Source: a virus
DNA: 64,000 nucleotides
IMG/VR virus record: IMGVR_UViG_3300020439_000004
Location: 32,001-96,000 of that record
Reading direction: 5' to 3' (one strand)
Position 1 is the stretch's first letter. Every line of letters begins with the position of its first letter. The notes under the pieces are model-generated. The model did no database searches. It worked only from the letters and a program-made list of their open reading frames with translations, and was not told the DNA's origin. A program made the translations under genes and the position numbers. Positions 39,387 through 48,993 of this stretch are shown here, piece after piece.

Positions 39387-40475
39387 TCAAACACTGTATA
39401 TACAGTCTAAGATAGAATCTATGGTCTTTTTATAGGTAAATTTGTCACGCAATTTTGTCCCTTCTGTGTTAATTTGTCCCACTTTTTCTTCTGCTTTTTC
39501 CATAGCAGAGAGTATAGCTTTACCATCTAATTTGTAATATTGTCCTTGATTGAATGGAGCGCCCTCTTTGAAAAACAAGTTATCATAACAAGGTTGCTTT
39601 CCTATGGGATCTACAAGTATGGCGTTGTCTTTTGTGGCCCAATCTTTATGTGAACTACAGTTACTTACTAAAGACCATTTACCCAAAGCTGTAGCGTTAA
39701 ATGCGGGTAAATTCCAACCTTCGCCATTTGATAAGCCAGATAAATCAATATCAATATTGTTCATTAATATATTCACCTCTTCGTTTGTTTTAAGATGAGG
39801 TAAAAAATTAATATTACTCCAATGTTGATTCATTGTAGAGCTATTAATAGCCTGTTGCATTTGCTCTTGATTTAAAAAAGAATTATTTACCAAGCAACTC
39901 AACTGATATTTAGGATTATTGCCATATTTATTCAGCCATAATTGTATCAAAGCTTGAGTATTTTTTCTTCTTTCAAACTTTCCAATCAACCCAAAATGAA
40001 TAACTTCTTTATCAAATTCTTTTGGTATTTCTTTAAAGTCTGGGTCAAAACCAAGAGGTACTGCGGAGACGTTTGTGCAGCCTTTTTGCTTAAATGCATC
40101 GGCAGCTTCCGTTGAAGAAAAGAAAACGTGTTTCTGCATTTTAACAATGTTAACTTCCTCTGTTGTTGGAGAATCTAATTCATAAAAAGTATATAGATAT
40201 TGATTTTGACCTAATGTTTTTTCTGATCCATTTAAGTGCCAAAGTTTTAAAGTGGGAGTATCTTTATCAAGTTTTGCTAGCCTTTGTGCCGCGATTGAGG
40301 ATGTCCATTGTTTAAAATCATCATCAATAGTATTGAAAGCTGAAAAATCTCCTTGATCTCCTATAGGATGAAGACTGATATCAATATCTTGCTCCTTTAA
40401 AACTCTTAAAAAGTTTATAGAAACATTACCAAAGCTCAATGCATTTATAGGAGCTTCAAAGTTTAATTTTTTCAT
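39387..40475 (-). CDS. GT4 glycosyltransferase
   Basis: GKFERRKN, SNGEGWNLPAFNA. Confidence 0.8.
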   Translation of the reverse strand: MKKLNFEAPINALSFGNVSINFLRVLKEQDIDISLHPIGDQGDFSAFNTIDDDFKQWTSSIAAQRLAKLDKDTPTLKLWHLNGSEKTLGQNQYLYTFYELDSPTTEEVNIVKMQKHVFFSSTEAADAFKQKGCTNVSAVPLGFDPDFKEIPKEFDKEVIHFGLIGKFERRKNTQALIQLWLNKYGNNPKYQLSCLVNNSFLNQEQMQQAINSSTMNQHWSNINFLPHLKTNEEVNILMNNIDIDLSGLSNGEGWNLPAFNATALGKWSLVSNCSSHKDWATKDNAILVDPIGKQPCYDNLFFKEGAPFNQGQYYKLDGKAILSAMEKAEEKVGQINTEGTKLRDKFTYKKTIDSILDCIYSV

Positions 40476-41082
40476 TTTCTATTTTGTTTTTTAATTCTTT
40501 TATGGCTCTATCATGGATATTTATGCAACCTTGAGCTGAAAGATTTACTTTTTCTGCCACTAGTTTCCAAGGTTTTAATTTACATCCTTTGCCGTTAAAA
40601 TATCTTTCATTAAAGATTGTTTTAAGGCGTTCGTCTTTATGTTTAAAGATTAAGTTTAAAATTCTTTTAAATGAGTCGTTAAACAGACAACTTTCATCAG
40701 GGGTTTTGTGTTTATCTTTTTGGTTGTTCCTTTTTTGTTCTTCCCTTTCTTCAAAGCTGACTAGTCTTGAATTCTTTTTATTTTTAGTTTTTTGGGTTAA
40801 GCACATATACTTGGTTTTATTCGCCAAGTGTGTAGAAAATTTAGCTTTTTCAGGCTTATATTCTAAAGCAGCTTTATAAATAACATAATCTTTATCTTCC
40901 ATAATATCATTTATTTGATTGAAAGATAAGCCGTTATAGCCAAACTTTTTAAGCATGTCCACATAAATACCAGAATGCCTAGAAATTAACTCTTGGAGAG
41001 CTAATTCATCGTTTTTTTCTTGTATTAAAACCGCTAAGTCGGTGTCTGTCAGAGATTTAGTCAATAAACTACTATATTTCAT
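40456..41082 (-). CDS. second RNA polymerase sigma70-family factor
   Basis: ALQELISRH...KAALEYKPEKAKFSTH (region 2); VAEKVNLSAQGCINIHDRAIKELK (region 4); true start may be TTG 41064 behind TTGATT-16-TATAGT. Confidence 0.82.
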   Translation of the reverse strand: MKYSSLLTKSLTDTDLAVLIQEKNDELALQELISRHSGIYVDMLKKFGYNGLSFNQINDIMEDKDYVIYKAALEYKPEKAKFSTHLANKTKYMCLTQKTKNKKNSRLVSFEEREEQKRNNQKDKHKTPDESCLFNDSFKRILNLIFKHKDERLKTIFNERYFNGKGCKLKPWKLVAEKVNLSAQGCINIHDRAIKELKNKIENEKIKL

Positions 41083-41115
41083 AAATAAAAAAAATCAACT
41101 TTTTTTTGATTTTTG

Positions 41116-41290
41116 TTGACAGGGGTAAAAATTTTCCTATCATTACGTAATCCGTAAGGTTACGATATCCTTTACTTACCTTCACTGTAAGGTTACGATA
41201 TAACTATTACGTCACCCTCTTAACGTAAACCTTACGAAAAATATTTATATTACTTCGTAATATATAAATATTTTAAGCTTCGCTTTTTTT
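41116..41290 (+). other. promoter + direct/inverted repeats + AT hairpin (origin or ncRNA candidate)
   Basis: TTGACA-16-TATCAT; GTAAGGTTACGATAT x2; inverted CGTAAACCTTACG; AT-rich hairpin; T-run. Confidence 0.6.
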
Positions 41291-41348
41291 ATAAAAATAA
41301 TTAATTGACATACTTCTCTCGTCGTATAAGCTCGTGTAAATTTACGCA

Positions 41349-42320
41349 ATGATTTTTGAAGAACAAGTATCCAGAAAGCCAGATCACTACCCATGGGCGC
41401 AAGAGTTCATTGAAGCTATGCACAATGGGTTTTGGACTGATAAAGAGTTTAGTTTCACAAGTGATGTTCAAGATTTTAAAGTAAATCTGAATGAGACTGA
41501 AAAAGAGATGGTGATTAGAACACTATCTGCAATAGGTCAAATTGAGGTTGCTGTTAAAAAGTTCTGGAGCAAACTTGGAGACAATTTGCCACATCCTAGC
41601 TTAACAGACCTTGGCTATGTTATGGCAAACATAGAGGTCATTCACAACAATGCTTATGAGCGCTTGCTAAAAGTTTTAGGGCTTGAGGACATTTTTGAGC
41701 AGAACTTAAAATTAGATTTTATTGAGGGTCGTGTTAAATACTTAAGAAAGTACAATCACAAATTTTACAAAGATTCAAAGAAACAATATGTTTACTCAAT
41801 TATTCTTTTCACGCTTTTTGTAGAAAATGTTTCTTTGTTTTCTCAGTTCTATATTATCAACTGGTTCAATCGTTACCGCAATGTGCTTAAAGACACTGGC
41901 CAACAGGTTAAGTACACTAGAAATGAAGAAAATATTCATGCTTTAGCTGGCATAAAGATTGTAAATACAATCAGAGAAGAGCATCCTGAATTATTTGATG
42001 AAGAGTTAGAAGAGAGAATTCTACAAGAAGCTGAAGCCGCCTTTAAAGCGGAATCAAAAATTGTAGATTGGATGATCAATGGCTTTAATGAAAAAGGTTT
42101 GAGCGCTCCAGTTTTAAAAGAGTTCATAAAAAGTAGAATTAATGATTCTTTAGAACAAATTAACTTTAAAAAAGCTTTTGAGGTTGACAAGTCTTTGTTA
42201 GAAGATACAGTGTGGTTTGAAGAAGAATTATTAGGCAATAACGCTACTGATTTTTTCCATACTAGACCTGTGGAATATTCAAAAAATTCTCAAACATTTG
42301 ACGCTGACGATTTATTCTAA
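41349..42320 (+). CDS. nrdB: ribonucleotide reductase class I beta subunit
   Basis: EVIHNNAY, VENVSLFSQF, NEENIH, DFF motifs. Confidence 0.95.
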   Translation: MIFEEQVSRKPDHYPWAQEFIEAMHNGFWTDKEFSFTSDVQDFKVNLNETEKEMVIRTLSAIGQIEVAVKKFWSKLGDNLPHPSLTDLGYVMANIEVIHNNAYERLLKVLGLEDIFEQNLKLDFIEGRVKYLRKYNHKFYKDSKKQYVYSIILFTLFVENVSLFSQFYIINWFNRYRNVLKDTGQQVKYTRNEENIHALAGIKIVNTIREEHPELFDEELEERILQEAEAAFKAESKIVDWMINGFNEKGLSAPVLKEFIKSRINDSLEQINFKKAFEVDKSLLEDTVWFEEELLGNNATDFFHTRPVEYSKNSQTFDADDLF

Positions 42321-43966
42321 TGAAAGACTACTACTGGTTAAACGAAGATTCTATTAAGTTCCTTGAAAGAGGGTATCTCAAAGAAGGAGAAACCCCAGAG
42401 AAGAGGATAAGAGATATAGCAGAAGCTGCTGAAAAATACCTTAAACAAGGTGGATTTGCTGATAAATTTGAGGGGTATATAAAGCAAGGTTTTTATTCTC
42501 TTGCTAGCCCAGTTTGGTCAAATTTTGGAAGATCAAGAGGTTTGCCCATTTCTTGCAATGGTGTTTACATTGAAGACAAAATGCACTCTATTTTAGAGAA
42601 GCAAGCTGAAGTTGGCATGCAAACAAAACATGGGTCAGGCACTTCTGGTTATTTCGGTTCTCTCAGAGGCAGAGGCGTTCCAATTAGTGTTGGTGGAGTT
42701 TCTGCTGGAGCTGTATACTTTATGGAACTATTTGACAAAGTTGCATCTATTGTATCTCAAGGTCATGTCAGAAGAGGATCTTTTGCGGCATATCTTCCTG
42801 TTGATCATCCAGACATAGAAGAGTTTCTTAGAATTAGAAGTGAAGGTAATCCAATACAAGAAATGTCTTTTGCGGTTTGTATAAATGACGAGTGGATGCA
42901 ATCCATGGTTGATGGAGATAAAGATAAAAGAAAAGTTTGGGCTAACATTATAAAGAAAAGATTTGAAACTGGATATCCTTATATTTTCTTTACAGATAAT
43001 GCGAACAATCAAGCTCCAGAATGTTATAAAGATAAAGACTTAAAAATTCATGCATCAAATTTATGCAGTGAGATAGCATTGCATTCTTCTGAAGATGAAT
43101 CTTTTGTTTGTTGTCTATCTTCTCTTAACTTGTTGAGATGGGATGAAATAAAAGAAACTGATGCAGTGGAAACATTAGTTAAATTTTTGGATGCCGTTAT
43201 GGAGGAGTATATCTATAAAACAGAAAATATTCCCTTTATGAAATCTTGTCATAACTTTGCTAAAAGACAAAGAGCTTTAGGTATGGGTGTGCTTGGATGG
43301 CATTCTTTGTTGCAATCAAAAATGATTTCCTTCGAAAGCATGGAGGCTAAGTTTCTAAATCTTGAGATACATAACATAATAAAAGAAAGAGCTGACAGAG
43401 CAACTCATGAATTAGCTGAAGAATTTGGAGAGCCAGAATACCTTAAAGGTTACGGCAGAAGAAATGTAACTACCATGGCAATAGCTCCAACAACTTCTAG
43501 CTCATTTATACTTGGTCAAGTTTCTCCATCAATAGAGCCTCTTAATAGTAATTATTTCACCAAAGATTTAGCTAAAGGTAAGTTTACTTTTAAAAATCAA
43601 TTCTTAGAGCAACTCTTAGAAGAAAAAGGGAAAAATAATCAGACTACTTGGAAATCTATTTTAGTTAAAGGTGGTTCTGTACAACACTTAGATTTTCTAT
43701 CTGATGAAGAAAAAGCTGTATTTAAAACTTTTGGAGAAATTTCTCAAAAAGAAATAGTAATTCAAGCCGCACAAAGGCAAAGATATATTGACCAAGGGCA
43801 AAGTTTGAATGTTATGATTTCTCCGAAATGCCCGCCAAAGCAAGTCAGCGAGCTATTAATTTACGGTTGGGAGCAAGGCGTTAAGAGTTTTTACTATCAA
43901 AGAAGTGCTAATCCTAGCCAAGAATTAGCTAGATCTATACTTGATTGTAGTTCCTGCGAAGGATAA
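42320..43966 (+). CDS. nrdA: ribonucleotide reductase class I alpha subunit (compact, no ATP cone)
   Basis: PISC, SNLCSE, IAPTTSSS, DQGQS, YY and C-terminal CSSCEG. Confidence 0.95.
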   Translation: MKDYYWLNEDSIKFLERGYLKEGETPEKRIRDIAEAAEKYLKQGGFADKFEGYIKQGFYSLASPVWSNFGRSRGLPISCNGVYIEDKMHSILEKQAEVGMQTKHGSGTSGYFGSLRGRGVPISVGGVSAGAVYFMELFDKVASIVSQGHVRRGSFAAYLPVDHPDIEEFLRIRSEGNPIQEMSFAVCINDEWMQSMVDGDKDKRKVWANIIKKRFETGYPYIFFTDNANNQAPECYKDKDLKIHASNLCSEIALHSSEDESFVCCLSSLNLLRWDEIKETDAVETLVKFLDAVMEEYIYKTENIPFMKSCHNFAKRQRALGMGVLGWHSLLQSKMISFESMEAKFLNLEIHNIIKERADRATHELAEEFGEPEYLKGYGRRNVTTMAIAPTTSSSFILGQVSPSIEPLNSNYFTKDLAKGKFTFKNQFLEQLLEEKGKNNQTTWKSILVKGGSVQHLDFLSDEEKAVFKTFGEISQKEIVIQAAQRQRYIDQGQSLNVMISPKCPPKQVSELLIYGWEQGVKSFYYQRSANPSQELARSILDCSSCEG

Positions 43967-44003
43967 TTTCCCTTTCTAAAAGTGTAGTGTATATACAGTC
44001 ACT

Positions 44004-44123
44004 ATGGCTGAATTATACACAATACTAACAGAGGAGCAGGATACGCAAGATCCTGACTTTACGTCAGATGATACCTTAGCTTTTATTTTAGGTAAAATAG
44101 ACGAAGAAATCTCTGAAGATTAG
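44004..44123 (+). CDS. 39-aa acidic protein (MAELYTILTEEQDTQDPDFTSDDTLAFILGKIDEEISED)
   Basis: read by hand; preceded by a TTTCCCTT-12-GTGTAT promoter-like motif. Confidence 0.55.
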   Translation: MAELYTILTEEQDTQDPDFTSDDTLAFILGKIDEEISED

Positions 44124-44158
44124 TTGAAAAAAACAAAATTAATCTTAAAATAGAGAAG

Positions 44159-44224
44159 TCAGGGATTAAGCTCCTTGAGGTCATAGTATGCCTCTGGGTC
44201 AAATAATTTTTGGCTCAGAGGTTT
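44159..44224 (+). ncRNA. structured RNA / leader with two hairpins
   Basis: TCAGGGA/TCCTTGA and CCTCTGGGTCAAA/TTTGGCTCAGAGG stems after TTGAAA-16-TAAAAT. Confidence 0.4.
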
Positions 44225-44836
44225 ATGATTACTTTTGCTATAACTGTCGCAGATGAACTTTTTGAATTTAAAAGGCTTATAAATTCTTTACAGCCTTACG
44301 TTTATCCACAAGAAGAGATTGTTGTACTTGCAGATAAAAATAAAGTTACAAAAGAAATAGAGGAACATTGTGATTTATGTGGATTAAAAATTAATTTTTT
44401 TAATTTTCAAAATGACTTTTCTGAGTTTAAGAACGAGCTTTTTAATCTATCTACAAAGGATTATCTATTCCAAATTGATGCTGACGAACAAATACCCCCA
44501 TCTCTTATACATATATTAAGACAAGTAGCCTCTCAAAAGAAAGTTGATTTGCTTTGGATTCCTAGAATTAATATAGTTCAAGGCGCTACTGAAGAAGATA
44601 TAAAAAATTTCAACTGGAACATAAATGAGCTGGGATGGGAGGGCTTTCCAGATTTTCAATCTAGGTTTGTTTCAACTAAAGGTGATATCAGATGGAAGAA
44701 TAAAGTACATGAAATTTTAACTGGCGCTAAAAATCAAGCTAGGATAGAAGAAAAACCAATAGAACTTTATTCTATTCTTCATGTGAAGCATATAGATAAA
44801 CAAAAGAAACAAAATAATTATTATGACACAATCTAA
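44225..44836 (+). CDS. GT2 glycosyltransferase
   Basis: DFSEFKN, QIDADE (DxD), PDFQSR, KVHE; start ATG 44225. Confidence 0.82.
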   Translation: MITFAITVADELFEFKRLINSLQPYVYPQEEIVVLADKNKVTKEIEEHCDLCGLKINFFNFQNDFSEFKNELFNLSTKDYLFQIDADEQIPPSLIHILRQVASQKKVDLLWIPRINIVQGATEEDIKNFNWNINELGWEGFPDFQSRFVSTKGDIRWKNKVHEILTGAKNQARIEEKPIELYSILHVKHIDKQKKQNNYYDTI

Positions 44837-45641
44837 GATTTTAGTAAGGGCGGAAGGAGGATTAGGTGATTGTTTATTAGCAAATAGGTTTATACCTGCC
44901 ATAAGAGAGAAGCATCCAAACTCTGAAGTCACCTTTGCGTTAGATAACGATAGAGGTGAAACATTTCAGTTAGATGTTCTTTACCATTTCTACAAAAGAA
45001 TGAGTGATACTTACTCTTTTTTTGCTGATCATAATCCTGATGACTTTGATTATTTTTATGATCTACATATAGATAAAATGCTTTGGACTACTTATGACTT
45101 TGATTGGTTAAGTAGATTTTATTATTTTCCAAAACCAAAAGTAAAAATAGAAAAGCAAGATTATGTTTGTTTGCATTTAACTCATAATAAATGGCCTCCT
45201 AAAAATTTGCCTAAATATTATTTAGATCAAGTAGTCAAATCAATTAAACAGGTGGCCCCTTCGGTAAAAGCTATATGCACTGAATCTGAAATAGGTTCTT
45301 ACTGCAATATTCTTACTGAGGATGAGATAGTTTGTGGAGATATAGTTACGGCTTGTGAAACTGTTGCTGGCGCAAAGGCATTTGTAACAATAGACTCAGG
45401 ATTTAAATATATAGCTTATGCGTATGGTGTCCCAACAATAGAAACAGCAGACTACTATACAGATGTAGGGCAAATTCACCCAATGATAAAAGCTAGGTGG
45501 TTGCCATTTAATGAAAGAGGATTGCCTTTATTATGTAATGTTGATTTTTTTAAAGTGGCTCTATATAATATCTTCAATAATAAAATTTCTACAATTTTTC
45601 CATTCTTTAGCAAAAACGAAAATATTTTTAAACTATCATGA
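44823..45641 (+). CDS. GT9-like glycosyltransferase
   Basis: GGLGDCLL...AIREKHPNSEV; FVTIDSGFKYIAYAYGVPTI. Confidence 0.75.
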   Translation: MTQSKILVRAEGGLGDCLLANRFIPAIREKHPNSEVTFALDNDRGETFQLDVLYHFYKRMSDTYSFFADHNPDDFDYFYDLHIDKMLWTTYDFDWLSRFYYFPKPKVKIEKQDYVCLHLTHNKWPPKNLPKYYLDQVVKSIKQVAPSVKAICTESEIGSYCNILTEDEIVCGDIVTACETVAGAKAFVTIDSGFKYIAYAYGVPTIETADYYTDVGQIHPMIKARWLPFNERGLPLLCNVDFFKVALYNIFNNKISTIFPFFSKNENIFKLS

Positions 45642-46324
45642 CAGAGTCACAAAACTTAAAACTCCAGCAAATTGAAATGAATATAGGAGGAGTCGGAATT
45701 AGCTGCTTTGACTTTCCAACAAGTATGACTCCCTATGGAACAAAAGAAGTGATATTGGGAAATAAATTTAAATTTGATGAAGTGGATATAGGAGAAGGTG
45801 ACAATTATGTTGAAGTAGGCGCTCATAATGGACTGTTGGCTTTTTATGTAGCTAGAATTTTTCCTAAAGCGAATATACATATTTTTGAGTGTAACCCTGT
45901 TATGGTTACAGCAATCAACTATGGTATTGCAGTAAACGGGTTTAGTAATATCAGATGTTATCCATTTGGTTTAAGCAACTATAATGGAAATTGTGATTTT
46001 GGTGTCAACTTGGAGAATACAGGAGGGTCAAGTATGCTTATACATGATGGGCATCATGTAAAAAATCAGAAAGTTAAAGTTTTAGATTTTGAAACCGTGC
46101 TATCAACTTTTGATAATATTAAATATTTAAAAATAGACATTGAAGGAGAGGAATTTAAAATATTTAGTAGTTTAATTTCTAAAGATTCTAAATTTTTTGA
46201 TAGAGTTTCTACATTAAATTTAGAATTACATGATGAGATATATCCAGATCTAAATTTAGACAGAAAAGGTATAAAAGAATATCTATCAACATATGATGAT
46301 TTAAATATTATATATCAAGATTGA
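45638..46324 (+). CDS. FkbM-family methyltransferase
   Basis: VEVGAHNG, FECNP, LKIDIEGEE. Confidence 0.88.
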   Translation: MTESQNLKLQQIEMNIGGVGISCFDFPTSMTPYGTKEVILGNKFKFDEVDIGEGDNYVEVGAHNGLLAFYVARIFPKANIHIFECNPVMVTAINYGIAVNGFSNIRCYPFGLSNYNGNCDFGVNLENTGGSSMLIHDGHHVKNQKVKVLDFETVLSTFDNIKYLKIDIEGEEFKIFSSLISKDSKFFDRVSTLNLELHDEIYPDLNLDRKGIKEYLSTYDDLNIIYQD

Positions 46325-47391
46325 TGAAAAAAGTAATAGTTACAGGTGTTACAGGCCAAGATGGTAGTAATATGGTTGATTATCTCTTGAGAGAGACTGA
46401 TCACATTATAATTGGCGGAGTAAGAAGACTTAGTGTTAAAAATCATCAGAATATTGAACACTTAGAAAATGAAGATAGATTTTTCTTAATTGACTTAGAT
46501 GTAACTGATGCTCAAAACACTGATGAGGTAATAGCTGAACATAAGCCAGATTATTTTATTAATTTTGCCGCTAATTCTTTTGTTGGAACAAGTTGGAAAA
46601 TGCCAACTCAACACATGGAGACAAATGCTTTAGCTGTACTACATCAACTTGAAGCTATAAAAAGACATTGCCCTGATTGTAGATATTATAATGCAGGATC
46701 TTCTGAAGAGTTTGGAGATGTAATCTGCACACCTCAAAGTGAACTGCATCCATTAAGACCTCGTAGTCCATATGGAGCTTCTAAATGTTCAGCTAGACAT
46801 TTAGTAAAAGTTTACAGAGACTCTTATGACCTATACGCTGTTCAAGGTTGGCTTTTCAATCACGAAGGAACAAGGAGGGGTGAAGAATTTGTGACTCGAA
46901 AAATAACTAAAAATGTCGCTCGCATTTCTTTTGAGTACTCTAAAGAAAAAACCTTTAAACCTTTAGTTCTTGGAAATGTTGATTCAAAGCGAGATTGGAG
47001 TGATTCTGAAGATTTTATGGATGGTATATGGAGAATGTTAAATCAAGATGATTTTGATTCTTATATAGACAACAATTATAAACCAAAGGAATATGTGCTT
47101 TCTTCTGATGAAACTCACACAATAAGAGAGTTCGTTGAAGAGGCTTTTCATATAGCTGGCTTTCATAGATCCATGTGTCGCTGGGAAGGCAAAGGAGTGC
47201 ATGAAAAATATTATCATGGAGATGATCTACTAGTAGAAATTAGTGATAAATTTTACAGACCTGCTGAAGTTGACTTGCTTTATGGTGATTCTTCTAGAGC
47301 GAGAAAAGATTTAGAATGGCAGCCTAAAACAGATTTTACAGGTTTAGTGACTAAAATGGTAAAATATGATTTAGAGCTTGCAAAATCTTAA
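46324..47391 (+). CDS. gmd: GDP-mannose 4,6-dehydratase
   Basis: TGVTGQDGS, PRSPYGASK, FNHEG, FVTRKIT, RDW, YRPAEVDLL. Confidence 0.95.
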   Translation: MKKVIVTGVTGQDGSNMVDYLLRETDHIIIGGVRRLSVKNHQNIEHLENEDRFFLIDLDVTDAQNTDEVIAEHKPDYFINFAANSFVGTSWKMPTQHMETNALAVLHQLEAIKRHCPDCRYYNAGSSEEFGDVICTPQSELHPLRPRSPYGASKCSARHLVKVYRDSYDLYAVQGWLFNHEGTRRGEEFVTRKITKNVARISFEYSKEKTFKPLVLGNVDSKRDWSDSEDFMDGIWRMLNQDDFDSYIDNNYKPKEYVLSSDETHTIREFVEEAFHIAGFHRSMCRWEGKGVHEKYYHGDDLLVEISDKFYRPAEVDLLYGDSSRARKDLEWQPKTDFTGLVTKMVKYDLELAKS

Positions 47392-47406
47392 AATCTATTC
47401 TAACCT
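47378..47406 (+). promoter_or_regulatory. sigma70 promoter TTGCAA-17-TAACCT, leaderless for 47412
   Basis: 5 nt before the ATG. Confidence 0.55.
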
Positions 47407-47411
47407 CTGGC

Positions 47412-47873
47412 ATGCCTAGAGGTTATAAACTTTGTTCAAAATGTGGTGATAATATCCCTTCATTTTCAAAAAAATGTAAATGTGGAGAGGTTTTTTCTAC
47501 CAAAAAGAGGGTAAAAAAACCTGCAAATGAAGGTCATAAAAGGTTGGTAGATTTTATCTCTAGAAATCTTCCAAATAAGTTATCTTCAAAAGAAATGTCT
47601 AGAGAAATTCACGTAGCAAAAATTATGCTAAAAACTTGCTATGATGATTATGATTTCTTAGCTAAGTATAAAATACCTAGTTGGGTTAAAAAAAGAAATA
47701 CTTTGCTTTGGTTTAAAACTAAAGATGGCAAAAAGTATTTAAATTCTAAATATAATGAATATTTATTTCAACCTGAAGTAAAAGAAGATATTTTTGTTGA
47801 CGAGGGGGAAATTAAGGGTGAGAATGTAGAATATAAGAAGAAAAAGAGTTTAAGAGAATTTTTAGATGAGTAA
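47412..47873 (+). CDS. zinc-ribbon basic protein
   Basis: CSKC...CKC N-terminus. Confidence 0.65.
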   Translation: MPRGYKLCSKCGDNIPSFSKKCKCGEVFSTKKRVKKPANEGHKRLVDFISRNLPNKLSSKEMSREIHVAKIMLKTCYDDYDFLAKYKIPSWVKKRNTLLWFKTKDGKKYLNSKYNEYLFQPEVKEDIFVDEGEIKGENVEYKKKKSLREFLDE

Positions 47874-48993
47874 GAAAAAAGATAAAGGTAAAAGTGCTAG
47901 TGATTTTTCTAGCGAGTATTTTAAGTCAAACAAAGACGATCATTATAATTTTGCGAAAGCCGCAGAAGAGTATTTAGTTTCGAGTGGATCTATGTATATG
48001 GATCACGTTCTTGGTGGTGGATTTGGTGCAGGTCTACATAGATTTACAGGAGCAAACGAAGGTGGTAAAACTAACGCCGCATTACATGTAATGTTTAACA
48101 TGTTAAAAAGCGTAAATAAAGCTAAAGGTCTTTTTATAAAAGCAGAAGGTAGATTAAGTAAAGAAATAAAAGAGAGGTCTGGTCTTAAATTCGTCTATGA
48201 TCCAGCAAAATGGGTGAGCGGAACATGTTTAGTTTTTGAATGTAATGTTTTTGATACTGTAATAGATTATCTAAGAGGTCTTCTTCAGAATAATAGTGAA
48301 GATGAAAGGTTTTGCATAATCATAGATAGTATGGATGGAATGATAGCCAAAGATGACTTAGATAAAAGTACTCATGAAGCTAGAAAAGTCGCAGCAGGAG
48401 CTTTAATTACGTCAGACTTTTTAAAAAGAGTCAGCCTTGGAATGTCAAAGTTTGGACATATGTGTATTATGATATCTCAAGTGAGATCAGCTATCAAAGC
48501 TAGTCAATATACAAAAAGCGATCCCAATAATCAAACTAACAGTAGTGGTGGTAATGCTATTCTACATTATCCAGATTGGATTTTAGAATTTAAAAAAAGA
48601 AAACAAGCTGATCTTTTCTTACAAGACTCAGGAGCAACATTAAGTCTTACAAATAAACCAATAGGTCATATAGCAACAGTTCAAATACTAAAATCTACAA
48701 ATGAAACTACAGGTCAAACAGTTCAATATCCTATAAAGTACGGGAGAACAAACGGGCGGTCTATATGGGTAGAAAAAGAAGTTATAGATATGCTTCTCAT
48801 GTGGTCTTATTTGCAAAAGAGAAGCTCTTGGATTACAGTTGATTCAACGCTGCTTGAACACTGCAAATCTAATAAACTAGATATGCCTGAAAAATTCCAA
48901 GGTACAAATAAAATTTTAGAGAGCCTTGAGGAGAATCCTCAAATTAAAGATATCTTAAAAGATTTTGTACAGAAAGAAATAATGGCCCAATGA
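47866..48993 (+). CDS. RecA/UvsX-like recombinase
   Basis: SSGS..MDHVLGGG, GANEGGKT, IIIDS, ISQVR, SGGNA. Confidence 0.88.
   Translation: MSKKKDKGKSASDFSSEYFKSNKDDHYNFAKAAEEYLVSSGSMYMDHVLGGGFGAGLHRFTGANEGGKTNAALHVMFNMLKSVNKAKGLFIKAEGRLSKEIKERSGLKFVYDPAKWVSGTCLVFECNVFDTVIDYLRGLLQNNSEDERFCIIIDSMDGMIAKDDLDKSTHEARKVAAGALITSDFLKRVSLGMSKFGHMCIMISQVRSAIKASQYTKSDPNNQTNSSGGNAILHYPDWILEFKKRKQADLFLQDSGATLSLTNKPIGHIATVQILKSTNETTGQTVQYPIKYGRTNGRSIWVEKEVIDMLLMWSYLQKRSSWITVDSTLLEHCKSNKLDMPEKFQGTNKILESLEENPQIKDILKDFVQKEIMAQ

Noticed and set aside
41154-41236. CRISPR mini-array
   Set aside because: only two 15-bp direct copies with an 18-bp spacer plus an inverted copy; repeat and spacer are too short and there are no cas genes
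34459-47391. glycosyltransferases as a DNA hypermodification system
   Set aside because: no hydroxymethylase, thymidylate-synthase-like or base-modifying partner in the window, and GT9/HldD/Gmd point to surface glycans; not excluded if partners lie elsewhere
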